From an uncultured Candidatus Saccharibacteria bacterium (lineage in GTDB: Bacteria > Patescibacteriota > Saccharimonadia > Saccharimonadales > AWTP1-31), in NCBI GenBank assembly GCA_964634445.1, contig CAZWJA010000003.1, positions 24,019-88,018 on the forward strand: 64,000 bases of DNA, written 5' to 3'. Within the stretch, counting starts at the first letter, position 1. Each line of letters starts with the position of its first letter. Made by a program: the position numbers and the translations under genes. Positions 60,307 through 64,000 of this stretch are shown here, one piece after another. Under the pieces are notes generated by a model that had not been told where the DNA came from, ran no database searches, and saw only the letters and a program-made list of their open reading frames with translations.

Positions 60307-61572
60307 CTACTTCGATCTTAAATCTTTGTGAATGTCATGCAGCAGGTAAAAAGATCCTGTAATTAGAAATGGCCCATTACCGGTGGTTTCTAACTTCTTA
60401 ATTGCTTCACCAGAGTCTTTTATTGGAGTAGTTTTAGTAAATCCCATTTCAATACATAGTTTGTTTATCTCATCAGCTGGCGTAGAAAACTTCTTCAAAT
60501 CCTGGCCGGCAACAAATTCAGTAACTATTATCTGCTCGGTTATGGGAAGTATATTTTCAAGTACACCACGGAGTTTGAAATCTCTGCTTTTTAATAGCGA
60601 AAGCAACACAGTGAACTTTTGTCCTGGATATTTGTTTTTCAGACTGTTGACTAGAGCTTCCATTTTCTGCGGGTTATGGGCAGCATCTAAAATGTAAGTT
60701 TTGTTATCTTTCTTAATTATTTCCATTCGAGCTGGAATATATGTTTGCAAGCTTTGGGTTTTTTGTTCTTCTGTTAACGGCTGCAGGTTATCTCTTTGAA
60801 TCAGAAACTGGACGACTTTGTCGGCTAAATACCAATTTCGCTGCTGGTATAAAGGTAGACTTTTAAGTTGAGGCAAGTCTTGCTGTTTGAATATCTTTAT
60901 GTCAGCATTTAAGCTGGCAGCTGTGTCTTTAAATACTTCTAGAATTTCACTGTCTTGCTCTAGGCATATTCCGTCACTTCCAGGCAGCAAAATACCAATC
61001 TTCTGGGCAGCAATTTCTTCCAAGGTATTCCCTAGTATATTCTGGTGGTCGAAGCCGATATCTGTAATAACAGAGACTTTTTCCTTATTCTTAATGACGT
61101 TAGTAGCATCACCGATTCCACCGAGTCCTACTTCTATCACGGCATAGTCGACATTTTGACGTTTAAACTCCCAGCAAGCAAAAGCTATCATGAATTCAAA
61201 ATAGGTTGGCCTTATCGGGGCTTTTTCTAATACTTTAATAAACTCGTTAAATTCGCTGCAAAATTCTTTTTCGCTTAACGGTAATAGATTTATCTGAACC
61301 CGTTCATTTATATCGTCGACATGTGGAGAGACAGTATGTCCAACTTTTTTTCCCAGAATCTTAAGCAAAGCTGCAATGTAGTAAGTCGTTGATGTCTTAC
61401 CGGAAGTTCCGGCTACATGAATTATTTTGTAATCTTCCTGCGGATTTCCAAGATAATCCATTAATGAGATCATATTGGTTAGGTCGTACTTGATACGCAA
61501 CATTCTAACTGGAGGCGTAAAGTCGGCCAGAAACTTCTCCACCTCATTAAAATTAGAAACGGTTTTCATCAA
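60307..61572 (-). CDS. folC: Folylpolyglutamate synthase / dihydrofolate synthase (Mur-ligase family)
   Basis: P-loop HVAGTSGKTSTTYYIA, EVGLGG, and the C-terminal Mur-ligase domain with DAAHNP. Confidence 0.88.
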   Translation of the reverse strand: MMKTVSNFNEVEKFLADFTPPVRMLRIKYDLTNMISLMDYLGNPQEDYKIIHVAGTSGKTSTTYYIAALLKILGKKVGHTVSPHVDDINERVQINLLPLSEKEFCSEFNEFIKVLEKAPIRPTYFEFMIAFACWEFKRQNVDYAVIEVGLGGIGDATNVIKNKEKVSVITDIGFDHQNILGNTLEEIAAQKIGILLPGSDGICLEQDSEILEVFKDTAASLNADIKIFKQQDLPQLKSLPLYQQRNWYLADKVVQFLIQRDNLQPLTEEQKTQSLQTYIPARMEIIKKDNKTYILDAAHNPQKMEALVNSLKNKYPGQKFTVLLSLLKSRDFKLRGVLENILPITEQIIVTEFVAGQDLKKFSTPADEINKLCIEMGFTKTTPIKDSGEAIKKLETTGNGPFLITGSFYLLHDIHKDLRSK

Positions 61573-61573
61573 A

Positions 61574-61966
61574 TTAGTTAGTTTTTTTCTTTCTAGTTTC
61601 TACGTGCTTGGAAATTGCATCGTGGATCCGGCTGTATTTTTTCTGCAATTTAGCTAGTTCATCATCACTAGCATCTTCTAGATCCACCATGGCATTGCTA
61701 GCATTTTTGGAACTTTTAATAAGCTCATCCAGCTGCAAATGGATACTTTTGGCATCTCGATTCTGGGTATTCTGGATAAGAAATACCATTAAAAAAGTAA
61801 CAATTGTAGTGCTAGTATTTATAATTAATTGCCAGGTGTCTGAAAAATTAAACATTGGTCCAGTTATCGCCCAGACAGCTATTACGGTCACAGCTACGAC
61901 AAACGCCGGCGCTGATCCAACAATACTAGAAATATATGCGGAGAATCTTCTAAACAATTCGTTCAT
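61574..61966 (-). CDS. Low-affinity iron permease family protein (PF04120-like)
   Basis: FSAYISSIVGSAPAFVVAVTVIAVWAITGP...WQLIINTSTTIVTFLMVFLIQNTQNRD matches the family pattern. Confidence 0.7.
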   Translation of the reverse strand: MNELFRRFSAYISSIVGSAPAFVVAVTVIAVWAITGPMFNFSDTWQLIINTSTTIVTFLMVFLIQNTQNRDAKSIHLQLDELIKSSKNASNAMVDLEDASDDELAKLQKKYSRIHDAISKHVETRKKKTN

Positions 61967-62026
61967 ATGATTACTTTACCACAGTAAACCTAACTCTGGT
62001 TTAACAGGTGTGCAATTAATTAGGTC

Positions 62027-62800
62027 ATGCATAGTATAATTATGCTTATGCAAATACCACAAAACCTTATCCAGGATTACTTGGTATTACCTTTTGCAGT
62101 ATATCTGGCAATCGACAATCTAATTAGATACCGTAAGACTAAAAATCTTACCAGCCTACAGTTGTGTTTAGCAACTACTTATATCAGCGTATCTATGGTA
62201 GCATTCGGGGTGCCAGCCGCATTCACGCATGATCCAAGACTTATCAGCATGGGAACCTTTGTTGGCGATGTTATGCAAGCAGCGTCTTTTATTTTCTTAT
62301 GGTTTATTTCAATTAGGGCTTTTTTAAGTCACAGACCTAAGCTTCAGAAAACCGCCTATATCTTTGTGTATCTTTTAACTGCTGCATTAATGGCAGAAGC
62401 TGTTTACCGCGATCTTACTCCTCCGTACGGAGCTAAAATAATTGAATTGTCTGCCGGCAAGCTAGCCCTTATTTACAATGACACTATGTTTACAACTATT
62501 CTCTATGCTGTCGACAGCCTGGCGCTTCTTATATTAGGTATCTATTTCTGGATGCAGGCAAAAGCTGCTCCAACTTTATCGCAACAAATAAAAATTAGAT
62601 CATTTGCAATCGGTATGGTTTTTATTACCCTTGCCTTTACAGTTCCGCATGCATTTCCACTAGAACAGCAACTAGTTATTAGCACTCTAATGTTTTCACT
62701 ATTTCCAATTAGTGTTGGCGTCGGTATGCTAATGGCTCGCCTCAAAGAAAAGCCTAAAGCTCCAGTCGAAGATAAACCGCAATCTTTTCCTAACCCGTAG
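62027..62800 (+). CDS. Polytopic (about 7-helix) membrane protein
   Basis: Hydrophobic helices throughout, with no recognisable motif. It is convergent with the downstream histidine kinase (6-nt gap). The start is uncertain. Confidence 0.5.
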   Translation: MHSIIMLMQIPQNLIQDYLVLPFAVYLAIDNLIRYRKTKNLTSLQLCLATTYISVSMVAFGVPAAFTHDPRLISMGTFVGDVMQAASFIFLWFISIRAFLSHRPKLQKTAYIFVYLLTAALMAEAVYRDLTPPYGAKIIELSAGKLALIYNDTMFTTILYAVDSLALLILGIYFWMQAKAAPTLSQQIKIRSFAIGMVFITLAFTVPHAFPLEQQLVISTLMFSLFPISVGVGMLMARLKEKPKAPVEDKPQSFPNP

Positions 62801-62806
62801 CATTTA

Positions 62807-63958
62807 CTAACTAAAGACGTTCGCTACTTCATTCTTGGTTATATTTTTTGCATCAATATCTTGAGCCGCGACAACAGGTAACACGATCGAGAAAGTAGAT
62901 CCTTTCTTTAGCTTCGATTCCAAATCAAGTTCAGCTCCAAGTCTATGCGCTAGCTCTGCGGTAATAAACAATCCCAAACCTGTACCACCCGTAGATCTAG
63001 TATATGGATCTTCTGATCGCCAAAATTTCTGGTAGACTTTTGCCTGGTCGCTCTTACTTATACCCGCTCCGGTATCCTGGACTCCAATTTTAATATGTTC
63101 GCCACCTTGTTTAGTAGCCTTAATAGTAACTCCGCCCTCAAGCGTATATTTAATAGCATTAGTTATAAAGTTCTGCATAATTTCCTTGAAGTACAATCTC
63201 GAAGTCGTTATTGGCGGAAGATTGTCATCTAGTTCAAGCTTCATATATAAGCTTTTCTTCTCGGCTTGTGGACGGTATTGTTCTTCCAGCTCGCGTAGCA
63301 CGTCAGTGGCGGCAAAAGTTTCAATGTCCATATCCTTGTCTTCCCGGCTTGCACGCGACAAAGCTGACAAATCATTTACCATATCTGCTAAGAATATTAT
63401 CTGGTCATGTGCTTTTTCGACACTGGATTTTACATCTGGAATCACCGGTTGTGGCTTGTCGGTCAACATTACGGCCATACTCAAATTGCCCTCGGCAATT
63501 GTAATCGGCGTCCTTAACTCATGACTGACCTCAGAGATAAACAAGTCTTTTTCTTCGTCTAGTGACTTTTGCTTGGTTATATCACGAAGCAGGAAAGTAA
63601 ATCCTTGTTGTTTTGCGAGCAAGGTAGAACGTGATATCCGGCTTATGTTCATATCCAGGTCTACTTTATCCTCTGCACTTATTGGGATAGATAAGTCTAA
63701 CTTGTGCTGCACATAGGTCGTTTTTTCAGCAACATCCATAATATTAAGCAAGTTACCTTTCTGATCTTGAAGCTTTAACACATCAGCTATGTTCAAATCT
63801 GTTAAAGTTGCGTTGGTGTCTAACAGATCCAGTGCCGCTGCATTATATGTCAAAATCCTTCCGGTTTCATCTGTCGCAATAACTGCATCGCTCATAGAGT
63901 TGATCAGAGCTACCAGACGACCGTGCTCATACTCGGCCTTTACTATTTTTTCTTCCAT
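62807..63958 (-). CDS. PAS-domain sensor histidine kinase (frame stays open to the window end, so possibly 5'-truncated here)
   Basis: PAS (SMSDAVIATDETGRILTYN), H-box SEVSHELRTPIT, N box NAIKYT and the G boxes DTGAGI / GGTGLGL. The 14 codons upstream of the ATG (to 64000) contain no stop. Confidence 0.85.
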   Translation of the reverse strand: MEEKIVKAEYEHGRLVALINSMSDAVIATDETGRILTYNAAALDLLDTNATLTDLNIADVLKLQDQKGNLLNIMDVAEKTTYVQHKLDLSIPISAEDKVDLDMNISRISRSTLLAKQQGFTFLLRDITKQKSLDEEKDLFISEVSHELRTPITIAEGNLSMAVMLTDKPQPVIPDVKSSVEKAHDQIIFLADMVNDLSALSRASREDKDMDIETFAATDVLRELEEQYRPQAEKKSLYMKLELDDNLPPITTSRLYFKEIMQNFITNAIKYTLEGGVTIKATKQGGEHIKIGVQDTGAGISKSDQAKVYQKFWRSEDPYTRSTGGTGLGLFITAELAHRLGAELDLESKLKKGSTFSIVLPVVAAQDIDAKNITKNEVANVFS

Positions 63959-64000
63959 GTTTTTTCGCTCTTGTCGGTCTCCAAAAGAAAGTCGTGAAAC

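Noticed and set aside
1-64000. Search for CRISPR arrays, rRNA genes, transposase/IS elements, reverse transcriptases (DGR/retron) and tyrosine integrases.
   Set aside because: I saw no regularly spaced direct repeats, no rRNA-like conserved stretches, and no ORFs with transposase, RT or tyrosine-recombinase motifs. The only recombinases are the two serine recombinases.

Overview
This 64-kb chromosomal segment looks like a reduced-genome, monoderm-type bacterium, most likely Patescibacteria/CPR and Saccharibacteria-like. That placement is inferred from gene content only: RNase Y, a secretin-less type IV pilus locus, ComEC, a giant FG-GAP/FN3 surface protein, scattered salvage enzymes and many small membrane ORFs. 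All functional calls come from motifs I recognise in the supplied translations; no database search was possible. I can support about 80 protein genes and 3 tRNAs (Pro-UGG, Lys-UUU, Lys-CUU, all with encoded CCA). I saw no rRNA and no CRISPR array. Layout: (1) 1-9.5 kb is an accessory/mobile region with a KAP-type P-loop NTPase, HTH proteins and two large serine recombinases. It also holds a tightly coupled cargo operon (Xis-like HTH, ANT(2'')-like nucleotidyltransferase, Zn-ribbon/DUF4145-like protein, SDR, nucleoside-deoxyribosyltransferase-fold protein). The region ends exactly at the 3' end of tRNA-Pro. (2) 9.5-24 kb is a minus-strand core block: MBL hydrolase, rny, tsaB, tsaE, a lamin-tail-domain surface protein, a MacB-like ABC pair, a ~1,590-aa surface protein split by a G7 tract, recX and recA. 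(3) 24.4-34.2 kb is a type IV pilus locus: pilB, pilC, five pilin-like genes and pilMNO. (4) 34-41 kb holds ruvB, ruvA, an NDT-fold gene, ruvC, yebC-like and comEC. (5) 41-64 kb is mixed: two PAS histidine kinases, a RimK/RimB plus ATP-grasp plus S51 peptidase cluster, folA/folP/folC, an AsnRS-like asparagine synthetase behind a leader with two tandem terminators, a ZIP/Zur pair, and a small possible island remnant at tRNA-Lys(CUU). The best candidate for an undescribed system is the recombinase-linked four-gene cargo operon at 5.3-7.7 kb. Its function cannot be decided from sequence alone.
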